This document shows positions 17,021 to 26,372 of a stretch of DNA of 64,000 nucleotides, piece after piece. The notes under the pieces were generated by a model, which was not told the origin of the DNA, ran no database searches, and worked only from the letters and a program-made list of their open reading frames with translations. Origin of the DNA: Clostridia bacterium (GTDB taxonomy: Bacteria > Bacillota > Clostridia > Oscillospirales > Acutalibacteraceae); assembly GCA_017503785.1 (NCBI GenBank), contig JAFVSK010000018.1:106079-170078 (forward strand), in the 5' to 3' direction. A program made the position numbers and the translations under genes. Every line of letters begins with the position of its first letter. Position 1 is the stretch's first letter.

Positions 17021-19056
17021 TCGCGTATCTCCCCCATTCTGTGATAACCGATCTCCAGCCGATCCACCGTCATGCGCCCGGTACAGGTGAGTGCCACCGC
17101 CGCATAACGGGCACGGGCCGTACCCAGCGGCACCAGCCGCACCGCCGCTTCAGAAAGCGGAGCACCGTTCAGGCGAAGCACCGCCACGTCGCGACGATCA
17201 CCGTCGCACAACGACACCGTCACCTGCTCGTCGGCATCTCCCGTGAGCCACAGCCGCAAAAACGACAGCCGCTTATACTGCTCGGGCGCACCCAGCTCGT
17301 ACCACTTGGTACTCAGCCGCGTGGTAAGGGGGTACTGCACTCCCAGCACCGTATCCTGCGCCGCCTCACCAAAGGTGTGGGCGACGAGTGTTTGCCCCGA
17401 CGGCACCAAAAACAGCGGTACGCCGCCTGCATCGGTGAGCATACCGCGCAGCGGCAGCTCCCAGCGATACCACGCCATAGCCGCCTGCGCACCCTCGGCG
17501 GTGGCGAAGCTGCCGTAATGCGCAAGGCCGGTGGAGCTGCCGTCGAGCACGTAGGCCGTGCCGTCGAGCCACAACAGATACCACCCCTCCCAGCTCACCG
17601 CGGTCGCGGTGCGCAGGGCGAACTCGGTACAATCGGCAAGCGCCGCTTCGATGGGCTGCGACACCGCGCGCACGCTGCGCACGTCGTAGGCGCCGCTGCT
17701 GTACAGGGCATAGGCGCGCCCATTGCTGCACAGCCACACCAGACGATCGCCGCACAGGCGCACGGTGTTCGGGCAGTCGCACCCGATCTCGGGGTGGATG
17801 AGCTGCATGGGAAACACCGCCGCTGCGGTCTCGGTGTCGGTAACGGTGCCGTTCATCAGCGCTTCGGCGGTGACCGTGCCGCCAAGGCGGTACTGCGTGG
17901 CGTACACCTCGCGCTCCTTGAAGATCACCAGCATATCGCTCTGCTTGCCGAAGGCGGTGACCGCCGACGACGAATCGCCCACGTAGGCGTAGTTGTTTTC
18001 GGGAAGATACAACGGATCGTTGAGGGCGCTCCACTGCACCAGATTGGGGTGCTTTGTGTTGCCGCTCAAAAACAGGCGCGTACCGCCCACGGTGCCGTCG
18101 GCACCGCCGCCGAACCACGTGCCGAAGCGCATGCCGCACACCAGCGCCAGGTTGCCGCTGTCGGTGCGTGAGGCAAACAGCGTTACGTTGTTTGCCACGG
18201 TGATCTCCAGCGGAGCCGGGCCGCCGCTGTGAGCGTATTCGAACCAAAAGCAGCCGCGCACGGTATCCACGTGCAGCGAAAGCTCGTCCACGGGGATCTC
18301 CTCGTCCGTGGCGTATTTCTCATACCACACGCCGTCGCCCTTGTAGGTGTTCACGGTGTGCAGAAGCTCGCCGCCCAGCATATCCACGTAGGTTACCGAT
18401 AAGGCGGCGTTCATGTCGAGCGTTACGCCCTGCGGCAGCCAGTAGTATAAGCCCTCGCCGTCGGACGTGTAGCGACAGCGAAACATCTCGGTAAGCCGAT
18501 TAAACGGCTCCAGATAGGCACCGCTGTCTTGATGATGCTTCGGCACGGTAGGCCGTGCGGCCGACAGCACGGTAGGCACGTGCGGCAGCTGCTGCACAAG
18601 TGAGCCATCGACCGTCAGCTCGTAGGCACCGCGCATATCGGTGTCGTCGCTGTCGAGATACACCACCGCCTCGCGGCCGTCATCGCTCACGATATCCCCG
18701 CGTGAGGGCACCGCCGTGAGCGCGCGATAGCCCGGCAGATCGGCAAATTTGCCGCGCAGCGTGCCGTTTTGATCGGCCAGCGCCAGCAGGTGCTGCTGCG
18801 GCCCCTTGCCGTGCACGAACGCGTAGCGCCCGAGCGGCGTGACCGTATACGCCGTGCGCGGATCGGTGGTAAAGGTGCCTGCCTCGCACACGGCGGGGCG
18901 GGTGGTGAGCACGCCGTTTTTGCGCCACAGGTTGCACGCCTCACTCAGGCGATCATCGGCAATGCGGTGCGGCGGAAGCGTTACGTCGATACCGCCCGTC
19001 AGCTCCCCCACCGTCATTACGCGACGCGCGCGGCGCCCCAGGGTGGGATGCTTCAT
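17017..19056 (-). CDS. Large phage structural protein (putative tail/adaptor-complex component)
   Basis: 679 aa. Translationally coupled on both sides in the structural module. No family recognised by eye. Confidence 0.4.
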   Translation of the reverse strand: MKHPTLGRRARRVMTVGELTGGIDVTLPPHRIADDRLSEACNLWRKNGVLTTRPAVCEAGTFTTDPRTAYTVTPLGRYAFVHGKGPQQHLLALADQNGTLRGKFADLPGYRALTAVPSRGDIVSDDGREAVVYLDSDDTDMRGAYELTVDGSLVQQLPHVPTVLSAARPTVPKHHQDSGAYLEPFNRLTEMFRCRYTSDGEGLYYWLPQGVTLDMNAALSVTYVDMLGGELLHTVNTYKGDGVWYEKYATDEEIPVDELSLHVDTVRGCFWFEYAHSGGPAPLEITVANNVTLFASRTDSGNLALVCGMRFGTWFGGGADGTVGGTRLFLSGNTKHPNLVQWSALNDPLYLPENNYAYVGDSSSAVTAFGKQSDMLVIFKEREVYATQYRLGGTVTAEALMNGTVTDTETAAAVFPMQLIHPEIGCDCPNTVRLCGDRLVWLCSNGRAYALYSSGAYDVRSVRAVSQPIEAALADCTEFALRTATAVSWEGWYLLWLDGTAYVLDGSSTGLAHYGSFATAEGAQAAMAWYRWELPLRGMLTDAGGVPLFLVPSGQTLVAHTFGEAAQDTVLGVQYPLTTRLSTKWYELGAPEQYKRLSFLRLWLTGDADEQVTVSLCDGDRRDVAVLRLNGAPLSEAAVRLVPLGTARARYAAVALTCTGRMTVDRLEIGYHRMGEIRE

Positions 19057-19427
19057 CCTCTCACCCCCGGTAAGCCGTCGTGTATGCGGCGCGGCGCCTG
19101 CCGCACCGCCGAGCGCCGCTGATCGTATAAGGCGGCGTACACGGTTTGATTATCCGCATCGCCCTGCAGCTGTGCCAGCAGCATTGCCACGCCGTAGGGC
19201 AGCACGGTCTGCGCCGTGCGGTCGGACAAGGGGATCTCGTCCGACAAGGCGATAAACGGCGTGTAGGGCGTGTCGTTTTCCACGTACCACAGCTCGGCCG
19301 TGATCTGATCCACCACCGCCAACCCCTGCTTGTACACCCCATCGCCGGCAGGTACGCTGCCGGCGGCGTGGGGATCGGGATAATTGAGCAGGCGCATCGC
19401 CTGCCGCAAACAGTCTTTTACCGTCAT
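19053..19427 (-). CDS. Small phage protein downstream of portal (possible head-tail adaptor)
   Basis: 124 aa with ATGA overlaps on both sides. Function assigned from position only. Confidence 0.35.
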   Translation of the reverse strand: MTVKDCLRQAMRLLNYPDPHAAGSVPAGDGVYKQGLAVVDQITAELWYVENDTPYTPFIALSDEIPLSDRTAQTVLPYGVAMLLAQLQGDADNQTVYAALYDQRRSAVRQAPRRIHDGLPGVRG

Positions 19428-21196
19428 ACGCCGCCTCCTAACGCTTCGCGCAGCAATGCGGCACGCCGTTCCTCGGGGAGGGCGTCGTACACCGCGCGGC
19501 TGTGCTCGTCTAAGCCGTCAAGCACCGTGCCCTCATCGGGCGGGGGTGCGGCTTGCTCCAGATCGCGAATGAGTCCGTTCACCTCGGGCACCGTGCCGCG
19601 CGGCAGGCGCTTTAGGTACTGCACGGGGGTGATGACCTGCCGTTCAAACAGGTTATCCAACGTGCGGATCGACTCGCTTTCGCTCCACAGGGTAGAGGCT
19701 CCCACCTCCACGCGTGCGCTGATGAGCAGCTCGCGGTAGCGGCGGCCGTCGAACGGCAGATACCACACGCCCTCGGCGGTTTCCACCTTGAGGCTGCGCT
19801 CGCCGTACATGCTCACCCAGAACTCGGCCCAAATGCGCGCCACGTCCTCCAAGAACGCATAAAAGCGGTTTTGCACGGTCTGCATCGGCATCATGGCCGC
19901 CTCACGCACCGCAATGATGGCGGAGGTGTTGTGCGGGTCCACGTCGCCGAGCGCGCTGTCGTTGGCACCGCTTTGGGTGAGCGTGTTCTGAATGAGCGAG
20001 GCAATGTTGTTGTCGAACGCCGGCGCAAACGCGGGCGGATCGACATAGCGCATGGCATTTTGCACGTCGGTGGCGCCGCCGTACACCTGCACCACCTGTC
20101 CCGGCTCGTTGGAGATGGGCTGCTGCACCAGATCGCCGTTGACCACCAGCATGGGCATGCCCATCATCATGACCGCCCACACCGAGGCGGTGAGCATGCG
20201 GTTGATGGCAATTTGATTGGGAATGAGGTAGGTAACCTCGCTTTCCCCGTAGGCGCAGTTTTTGCGGCGTTCCCACGTGAACTTGGCCAGCGGATACAGC
20301 CGCACGCCGAGATCCCAGTCGCGGCGCACCGTGACACCGCGGCACACCTGCACCGCGCGAATGTGGGTGCGGCCGTCGTCGCCGTGGTGGCGGCAGAGCT
20401 TGGTGAGCAGCAGCGCACGGCGGTTGCCGTCCTGCTCCACCGTGCCGTAATCGCCCGATTGATAGCCGTTTTCGTTGTCGGCGCGCACGGTCTCAATGTC
20501 GGCCGCAGGGCGGTGGTGGCGCTTCATCAGCCGCTGAATATCCTCCACGCGGCGGCGCTGCGCCAGAATAATGTAGGGCTGCTTTTGGATATCGTCGCAC
20601 GACGGATCACCGAAATAGACGTTTTCCACGTCCAGCACCTCGCACTGCAGATCGCCGCAAATGGGCACGCGGCGGGCGGAGTCGGCGTACAAGCCGGTCT
20701 GCACGCTTTCGTCCCAGTAGGTGTACAGCAGCCCCGTGCCGGTCACGTAGGCGTCACGCAGAGCCGCTTCACGCAGGGAGTCGAAGCCCACGCGCTCGGC
20801 GGTAACGCGGAAATAGTCGGTGAGTGCCGACATCACGAGCGCCAGCTCCTCGTCGCCGGACACCGAGGGCAGCTCGCCGCGCAAAAACTGCTCGCGCAGC
20901 TCGCCTACACGGTGCTTGAGCTCCAGCGTGTTGGGCACGCCCTCGGCGGAGTAGTTCACGGTGACAGGACCGGCACCCACCACCGCCATTTTGTAGTCGC
21001 CGATGCGCTTGATGACGTTGTGGCGCACCAGCGGCCGATCGTTACCACAGCGGGCACCGTGCCATTGGTCGCCCACCATAAACCGCTCGTTCACGCGGTT
21101 TTGTTCGTATAATCCCCGAGCACCCAGTCCCGCCTTGTACGAAACACCCTGTTCGTACTCGGCGAACACCTGCTTGGGATCGCACCAATTGTTCAT
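19424..21196 (-). CDS. Putative phage portal protein
   Basis: 590 aa, a size and position consistent with a portal in a packaging/capsid module. The NERFMVGDQW-type N-terminal region resembles portals. Not verified by search. Confidence 0.5.
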   Translation of the reverse strand: MNNWCDPKQVFAEYEQGVSYKAGLGARGLYEQNRVNERFMVGDQWHGARCGNDRPLVRHNVIKRIGDYKMAVVGAGPVTVNYSAEGVPNTLELKHRVGELREQFLRGELPSVSGDEELALVMSALTDYFRVTAERVGFDSLREAALRDAYVTGTGLLYTYWDESVQTGLYADSARRVPICGDLQCEVLDVENVYFGDPSCDDIQKQPYIILAQRRRVEDIQRLMKRHHRPAADIETVRADNENGYQSGDYGTVEQDGNRRALLLTKLCRHHGDDGRTHIRAVQVCRGVTVRRDWDLGVRLYPLAKFTWERRKNCAYGESEVTYLIPNQIAINRMLTASVWAVMMMGMPMLVVNGDLVQQPISNEPGQVVQVYGGATDVQNAMRYVDPPAFAPAFDNNIASLIQNTLTQSGANDSALGDVDPHNTSAIIAVREAAMMPMQTVQNRFYAFLEDVARIWAEFWVSMYGERSLKVETAEGVWYLPFDGRRYRELLISARVEVGASTLWSESESIRTLDNLFERQVITPVQYLKRLPRGTVPEVNGLIRDLEQAAPPPDEGTVLDGLDEHSRAVYDALPEERRAALLREALGGGV

Positions 21197-21226
21197 GTCT
21201 TACCTCCTGTATATCGTTCCGTCGCG

Positions 21227-21509
21227 AAAAGGCCCCTCCCCGAGGGGGCTGTCACGGCAACGCCGTGACGGAGGGAGTTTCCCACGCGTTTGTGCAGCCC
21301 CCGGCGGGACGATGTGGGCATCGTCCCCTACGATGCGGATTGCCGGCCACGTAGGGAACGACCCACACGACCCCAAACCAACACCGTAGGGGGCAATGTA
21401 GCGAAAAGGCCCCCTCCCCGAGGGGGCTGTCACGGCAACGCCGTGACGGAGGGAGTTCCCCACGCGTTTGTGCAGCCCCCGGCGGGACGATGTGGGCATC
21501 GTCCCCTAC
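21227..21509. repeat. Two tandem composite REP-like units between the portal and capsid genes
   Basis: Units at 21227-21336 and 21403-21509. Each has CCCTCCCCGAGGGGGCTGTCACGGCAACGCCGTGACGGAGGGAG, a spacer, and CGGCGGGACGATG-TGGG-CATCGTCCCCTAC. Confidence 0.85.
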
Positions 21510-21559
21510 TGCAATTTCAATAGGAATCCCGCCACAGCGGCACGTATTAACGCACGGCG

Positions 21560-22474
21560 TTAATACGTATACACGAACACGCCGTCCTGCTGGCTCTTTT
21601 TCACGAGCAGGTCGTAGTACAAGCGGTAGTCGAACTTGTAGGCATCGGCCTTTTGGTTCTGGTCGGGGCTGAACGCACGCAGCTTTTCGGTTTTGCGAAT
21701 AAGCGAAGCGCCCTTCTTGGGCATCACCAACGCACCGATAGACGCGGCATCCCCCGCTTCGGCAAAGCCACCCTCGGGAGCGGAAACGCCGTCCTTAAAG
21801 GTGTAGGCCGTCTTCATGCGGGACGACGGCACCGGCAAAATGGCCACGTTGTCAATGTGCTGCACGCAGGTGGACAGCTCGCCCTTTTTGAACTCGTCCA
21901 TGCGCACGTAGCGCGTGATCTCGGGCGTGGCCATCAGCGCATCGTACACGGTCTGGTCCACGAACGCCACCAGCGCCTCGTCGTAGCCCACGGCATCGCG
22001 CACACGGCTGATGAGGCGGCGCATCAGCGCCAGCACGTTGTTGTCCAGCGTTTCGCCGCTTTCCAGCGAGGCCGTCTGACCCTCGTCAGTAGCCAGCTTT
22101 GCCAGCTTAGACAAACAGTAAGCGTCCACCTCGGGCACCACCTTGGTGCGCACGAACTCGCCCAGCACCTGGCCGGCGAGGTTGGCCACGCCGCTTTCGT
22201 CCTCATCCTGGGCATCCAGCATAAAGGAACGGCCGCGGTCCTGCGTGAGCTCAAACGCGGTGTTGGACACGTTCACCGAGCCCTCGGCGAAGCCGGTGGT
22301 ACGGTCGTAGTTGCCCAAGCCCGACAGCTCCATATCGGGAACCAGTACGGTGTGTGCGCCCACGAATTTGGCGCGCAGCGCGTTATCGGTCAAAAAGCCG
22401 GTAACGGCGCTCTGTACGAAGAGCTTGTCCAGCTCCTCGGTCATTTTGGTTGCATAAGAAATCGAATTTGCCAT
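21560..22474 (-). CDS. Phage major capsid protein
   Basis: 304 aa with a strong AAAGGAG RBS. The N-terminal ..KMTEELDKLFVQSAVTGFL..GAHTVLVPDMELSGLGNYDRTTGF pattern resembles HK97-fold capsid proteins. Lies next to a scaffold-like gene. Confidence 0.6.
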   Translation of the reverse strand: MANSISYATKMTEELDKLFVQSAVTGFLTDNALRAKFVGAHTVLVPDMELSGLGNYDRTTGFAEGSVNVSNTAFELTQDRGRSFMLDAQDEDESGVANLAGQVLGEFVRTKVVPEVDAYCLSKLAKLATDEGQTASLESGETLDNNVLALMRRLISRVRDAVGYDEALVAFVDQTVYDALMATPEITRYVRMDEFKKGELSTCVQHIDNVAILPVPSSRMKTAYTFKDGVSAPEGGFAEAGDAASIGALVMPKKGASLIRKTEKLRAFSPDQNQKADAYKFDYRLYYDLLVKKSQQDGVFVYTY

Positions 22475-22497
22475 AGTTGTTTACTCCTTTTTTGTTG

Positions 22498-22575
22498 TAG
22501 GGGGCGATACTCACATCGCCCCGTTCCTCGCATTGGTACAAGACTCGGCGGACCGCCGAGGATGTCGGTCCCTAC
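22498..22575. repeat. REP-like GTAGGG-hairpin elements between the capsid and scaffold genes
   Basis: GTAGGGGGCGAT-ACTCAC-ATCGCCCC, then GGCGGACCGCCGAGGATGTCGGTCCCTAC. Confidence 0.75.
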
Positions 22576-22611
22576 ACGCCACTCCGTCCGACATAGGACG
22601 GCAAAGGCGTG

Positions 22612-23193
22612 TCAGCCTCTCCCCCAAATGCCGCGCAGCATGGCGCTTTCACTGGCCGTTGCTGTGCTCACCGCCTCGCCTGCCAGCGAGCCGGTGGTGG
22701 CTGCCGCTGCTGTGCGTGCCGCTTCGTGTTCTGCCTCGGTACGGCAGCGCTCGCGGTACTCCCAGCGCAAATAGGCATCCAACAGGGGCACGCCGTCGGC
22801 CACCGCCGTGTGCAACACGGCCTCGGGCAACGCGGCGAACGCACCCACGGTGGGCACCTCGCGGCACAAAGCCTCGTATTCGTCGGCAAGGCGCTGTGTC
22901 AGTGCCTCGTCGGCCGTGGGCGCAGGGCGGCTTTTAAGACCCTCCACCCACTCGTTCAGCGGTTTTCCCTCGGCAGCGGCAAGCGCCTTGAGCGTTTTAA
23001 ACAGCGGCTCCACCGAATCGTACTTCATGCCCATCTGGGCATAGCGCACGGCATCCTCCCGTGATAAGCGGTGTGTCTGCTTGTTAAATTTCACCTCAAG
23101 ACCCTCGTCGGCCGCAGGGGCCGCTGTATCCGCGGCAGCCTCGGTTGACACGTCGGGTTGCGTGTCGGGCGCCGTTGTTACCGGTTCATCCAT
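22612..23193 (-). CDS. Putative phage scaffolding protein
   Basis: 193 aa, acidic/Ala-rich and helical, immediately upstream of the capsid gene. Inferred from position and composition. Confidence 0.4.
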   Translation of the reverse strand: MDEPVTTAPDTQPDVSTEAAADTAAPAADEGLEVKFNKQTHRLSREDAVRYAQMGMKYDSVEPLFKTLKALAAAEGKPLNEWVEGLKSRPAPTADEALTQRLADEYEALCREVPTVGAFAALPEAVLHTAVADGVPLLDAYLRWEYRERCRTEAEHEAARTAAAATTGSLAGEAVSTATASESAMLRGIWGRG

Positions 23194-23196
23194 CGT

Positions 23197-23370
23197 TTAG
23201 TCCTCCTGCTCGGTATAGCCGTCGTAGTTCATGAAATTGCGATACTCGCGCAGCGCCTGCTGACGGCGGCGCTGCTCGGCCTCGTTCGGCGGCGGTGTCG
23301 CGGGCTTGCGCAGCCGCTGCAGCACTGCCATGGCCAAACAGCCAACGATCACTCCCAAAATAAACGTCAT
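23197..23370 (-). CDS. Small membrane protein (57 aa; not in the ORF track)
   Basis: Hand-translated MTFILGVIVGCLAMAVLQRLRKPATPPPNEAEQRRRQQALREYRNFMNYDGYTEQED. AAAGGAG RBS. Fills the gap between TerL and the scaffold gene. Confidence 0.45.
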   Translation of the reverse strand: MTFILGVIVGCLAMAVLQRLRKPATPPPNEAEQRRRQQALREYRNFMNYDGYTEQED

Positions 23371-23385
23371 GTTGTACTCCTTTCG

Positions 23386-24690
23386 TCATTCCCAGTGCCC
23401 CTGCACGTCCTCGGCGCGGATGCCGCGATACGCTTTGCGCGGCGGCGGCGCGGGCGGCACGGGGCGAAAATAGGTGATATCCTCCATCGCATACCGCAGC
23501 GCATCCAGCAAATGATCGTTCCCGCCGCGCGGGCGGCTGCGGAGACCGCCGGTATCGCGTTCCCACGCGTAGCTCGACAGTTCCGCCGCCGTGTGCCTGC
23601 ATTTCGGGTGCACGATGATGCGATATTCCTGCAGCCGCGCAATGCCATAGAGCAGCGACCCGGGACCCTTGTCGGCCGACAGTACGCGGTGCACTCCCTC
23701 GCGGCGCAGCTCCTCGGTGGATTTCGGCTCGGCGCTGTCGGCGCGAATACGCTCGCCGGCATAGCCCAGCCGATGCAGGCGGTCGGCAATGTCACGGTTC
23801 AGCAGGCCTTGCTGCAAAAACTCGTCGAACACGTACAACCGCCGTCCCAACGGATCCACCGCCGCCGCGATAAACGCGGTGGGATCGTTGGCGTAGCCGT
23901 AGTCCAGCCCATACACGCGCTTGTAGCGCCACGGCTCGGGCAGGGTGTCGGGGTCGAACTCGGCAACCTCCCAGTTCTCGTAGATCAACCCCTCGGTGAC
24001 ACCCCATTCCCCCAGCCCCGCCACCGCATAGCGGCGCGGATTGTCGCGGCGCATACGCTCAAACACCGCCCTGTCGGCATCGTCTAAAAACTCGTTGCAG
24101 CGGTAGGTGGTGGTGAACACATCGGCGTTATCGGGCGGACGGTCGAAGAAGCGCTTTTTCAGCCAATGCCGATCGCTCCACGGGTTAAAGGTGAGCGTCG
24201 TCTGCTTAAACAGCGGCGGCGGCACCTCACCGCGGGGCACCGACAGATCGAACGTGTCGAACTCCTCCTCGTCGGCTATTTCGAACGCTTCCTCCACCCA
24301 CACCCAGCACAAATAGCCGTGTGTCACGGTGGTGGAGGCGATCTTATACACGTTATCAAAGCCGCGGAACAAGATCTTTTGCCCCGTGGGCAGGTAGGTC
24401 AGCTCCAGCGGACTGGTGGTGGCGCGCCACAAATGCGACACACCCAGCCGTTCCACCGCCCAGCGCAGCTGTGCAAAGGTGGAGGTGCGGTGCGTGTCCA
24501 TCACGGCGCGAATGACCAATAAATTGGCCTCGGGATATTGCATCAGCCGCACAATGAAATTCAGCGCGGCGGTGGTGGATTTTTTGGAGGCCTTGCCGCC
24601 CTTGAGCACGCGATAGCGACGGCGGCTGTTCCAAAATTCGCGGTATCCGCCGCCCACCACGGCGGCTAGATCGACGGTTTTGCTGCTCAA
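23386..24690 (-). CDS. Phage terminase large subunit (PBSX/Terminase_3-like)
   Basis: 434 aa with GGKASKKSTTAAL Walker A, LLVIRAV, CWVWVEEAFE (Walker B-like) and a C-terminal nuclease-like region with GLDYGYANDPTAF. The TTG start overlaps the TerS stop codon. Confidence 0.85.
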   Translation of the reverse strand: MSSKTVDLAAVVGGGYREFWNSRRRYRVLKGGKASKKSTTAALNFIVRLMQYPEANLLVIRAVMDTHRTSTFAQLRWAVERLGVSHLWRATTSPLELTYLPTGQKILFRGFDNVYKIASTTVTHGYLCWVWVEEAFEIADEEEFDTFDLSVPRGEVPPPLFKQTTLTFNPWSDRHWLKKRFFDRPPDNADVFTTTYRCNEFLDDADRAVFERMRRDNPRRYAVAGLGEWGVTEGLIYENWEVAEFDPDTLPEPWRYKRVYGLDYGYANDPTAFIAAAVDPLGRRLYVFDEFLQQGLLNRDIADRLHRLGYAGERIRADSAEPKSTEELRREGVHRVLSADKGPGSLLYGIARLQEYRIIVHPKCRHTAAELSSYAWERDTGGLRSRPRGGNDHLLDALRYAMEDITYFRPVPPAPPPRKAYRGIRAEDVQGHWE

Positions 24691-25043
24691 ATGCGCTCCT
24701 CCCCCACAAACGTCACGCCGCCCGCCTCGGTTTTAAGCTCGGGCTTTTCGCCCTTATCGGCAAAGCCGGCGCGGTTGCGCAGGTAAAACATCCACAGTCC
24801 GTGGGCCTTCGGGTCGGCCTGCAGGGCGCGGTCGATCACCGAGGCGGTACATTCCTGCAGCGCGCTTTTAAGCAGTGCCGCCATGCTGCCGCGACCCTCG
24901 GCGTAGCGCAGCAGCGTTTCGTAGGAAATGCCCAGCGCCGCCGCCAGCGCATCGGCGTGAAACGGCGTATTTGCCGCGGCACACGCCTCCCGACACGCCG
25001 CCACCGCGTGTTCAATGTCCTTTAACGTTCCCAGTTGTTTCAT
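24687..25043 (-). CDS. Putative terminase small subunit
   Basis: 118 aa from MKQLGTL with an HTH-like ALGISYETLLRYAEG. Directly upstream of TerL and overlapping it. Confidence 0.55.
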   Translation of the reverse strand: MKQLGTLKDIEHAVAACREACAAANTPFHADALAAALGISYETLLRYAEGRGSMAALLKSALQECTASVIDRALQADPKAHGLWMFYLRNRAGFADKGEKPELKTEAGGVTFVGEERI

Positions 25044-25247
25044 ACCCCACCCCAAACAAATCAAGATCAACGCAAGCCCCTCTCCGAGGGGCTTGTCGCT
25101 GCGGCGAGATTCCGCTCGCTTCGCTCGCTCTACGCGCAGGGAACCCCTGACGGTTCCCCCGCACACACCCCCTCCCTCCGAAGTGGCAAAGCCCCTCTCC
25201 GTCCGAAGTGTCCACAGTATAGCACAGGGGGGCTAGTCACCTTCAAG

Positions 25248-25658
25248 TCACTTTTCCAAACTTTTTTTGGCGTTTTGAAACACCTGCTCAGCCAGCTTTT
25301 CCAAAGCCTTATTGTGCTCTCGCAGGAGGTACTGCTTGGCCTTTTTTTGCCGTGCCACAATGTCACCCCACGTGCACCCTTGCACGTATCGCTGCCCCAA
25401 AATGCGGTTTTGCAGCGGTGTCAGCCGCCCTGCGCGCACGCGCGCCCAGTTTTTCAGCTGCTGCCGCGTAAACGCCCGCCGCAGCGCCATTCGTTCGCGG
25501 TTAACACTCTCGGCCAGCGCCAGCCCTTCGTCGTCGATCACGCTGTTCTCCAGCGCCTCCAGCAGGTCGCGCCATTCCTGTTCCAGCGCTTCCAGCTCGC
25601 GCCGCAGCGTTACCGCCGTCATCATCTCCCGTTTTACGGCCTCTGCCGTTTTACTCAT
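25248..25658 (-). CDS. Phage late transcriptional regulator (sigma-70 region-4-like, RinA/ArpU/DUF1492 type)
   Basis: 136 aa. The C-terminal LTPLQNRILGQRYVQGCTWGDIVARQKKAKQYLLREHNKALEKL resembles a sigma region-4 HTH. Sits upstream of the packaging genes. Confidence 0.5.
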   Translation of the reverse strand: MSKTAEAVKREMMTAVTLRRELEALEQEWRDLLEALENSVIDDEGLALAESVNRERMALRRAFTRQQLKNWARVRAGRLTPLQNRILGQRYVQGCTWGDIVARQKKAKQYLLREHNKALEKLAEQVFQNAKKSLEK

Positions 25659-25815
25659 CGCCATACATGCCCTCCTTGCACAACACACAATACACTTCAT
25701 CCTCGTCAACGGCCTCGCCACACAGCGGGCACACCGCCATCACCAGCGGATCCTCGGCAGCCCGATAATTCGGACACCCCTCCGCACACCACAACAATCC
25801 GCACAAGTCACACAT
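25651..25815 (-). CDS. Small Cys-rich zinc-ribbon protein (54 aa; not in the ORF track)
   Basis: Hand-translated MCDLCGLLWCAEGCPNYRAAEDPLVMAVCPLCGEAVDEDEVYCVLCKEGMYGDE. The stop overlaps the start of the next gene (ATGAGTAA). Confidence 0.4.
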   Translation of the reverse strand: MCDLCGLLWCAEGCPNYRAAEDPLVMAVCPLCGEAVDEDEVYCVLCKEGMYGDE

Positions 25816-25857
25816 TCCTTCGCCTTTCTTTCGTGTTTGTCCACCGATTGTGAAAAG

Positions 25858-26011
25858 TTTTCCACAGCCGCTTTGCAGTTGGATTCGGATTCAAAATAAG
25901 ATTGGATTACGATTGGATTGGATTGGAAACACCATTTGCAACCGCTTGCTGCAAACAGTTGTCAACATAGTTATTCACATTTTTCCACATAATTCCACCG
26001 TTTTTTCCACA
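25858..26011. promoter_or_regulatory. Origin-like region: DnaA-box-like 9-mers plus GGATT iterons
   Basis: TTTTCCACA at 25858-25866, 25981-25989 and 26003-26011. TTATTCACA at 25971-25979. AATTCCACC at 25991-25999. All have the same orientation. GGATTC x2 and GATTG x5 lie between 25881 and 25925. Confidence 0.5.
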
Positions 26012-26019
26012 CGCACACG

Positions 26020-26358
26020 CTAAAACAACGTGCGCGGCGGCGGAAATTTCACGCGCGGCGCCCGGATCCGCTGGTGCTTGTCCCACGTGCACAGCTGCAG
26101 ATAGGGCTGTCCGTCCACGGTGTAGCGCTCGATCAGCCCCACCGCCTCCAGCTGATCCATGGCCGCCTCCACGGCGGCAACGTCCACGTCGTCCCGCAGC
26201 GGAAACAGCCGCGCACGCAGCAGCTGCGGACGAGCATCGTACCGCCCGAAATCGTCGCACTGCACCAGCAGTCGATAAAAACACACCTCCTCAAACCACC
26301 CCAGCAGCTCAATGTTGGGACTGGTGCACACACTTTCACAGATAATGCGATTGGGCAT
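26020..26358 (-). CDS. Phage replication-initiator/replisome-organizer-like winged-helix protein (short, possibly truncated)
   Basis: 112 aa. The pattern ..FYRLLVQCDDFGRYDARPQLLRARLFPLR..VEAAMDQLEAVGLIERY..LQLCTWDKHQ resembles the N-terminal domain of phage DnaD-like/replisome organizers. There is no C-terminal domain. Confidence 0.4.
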   Translation of the reverse strand: MPNRIICESVCTSPNIELLGWFEEVCFYRLLVQCDDFGRYDARPQLLRARLFPLRDDVDVAAVEAAMDQLEAVGLIERYTVDGQPYLQLCTWDKHQRIRAPRVKFPPPRTLF

Positions 26359-26372
26359 ACTCTCCTCCTTTC

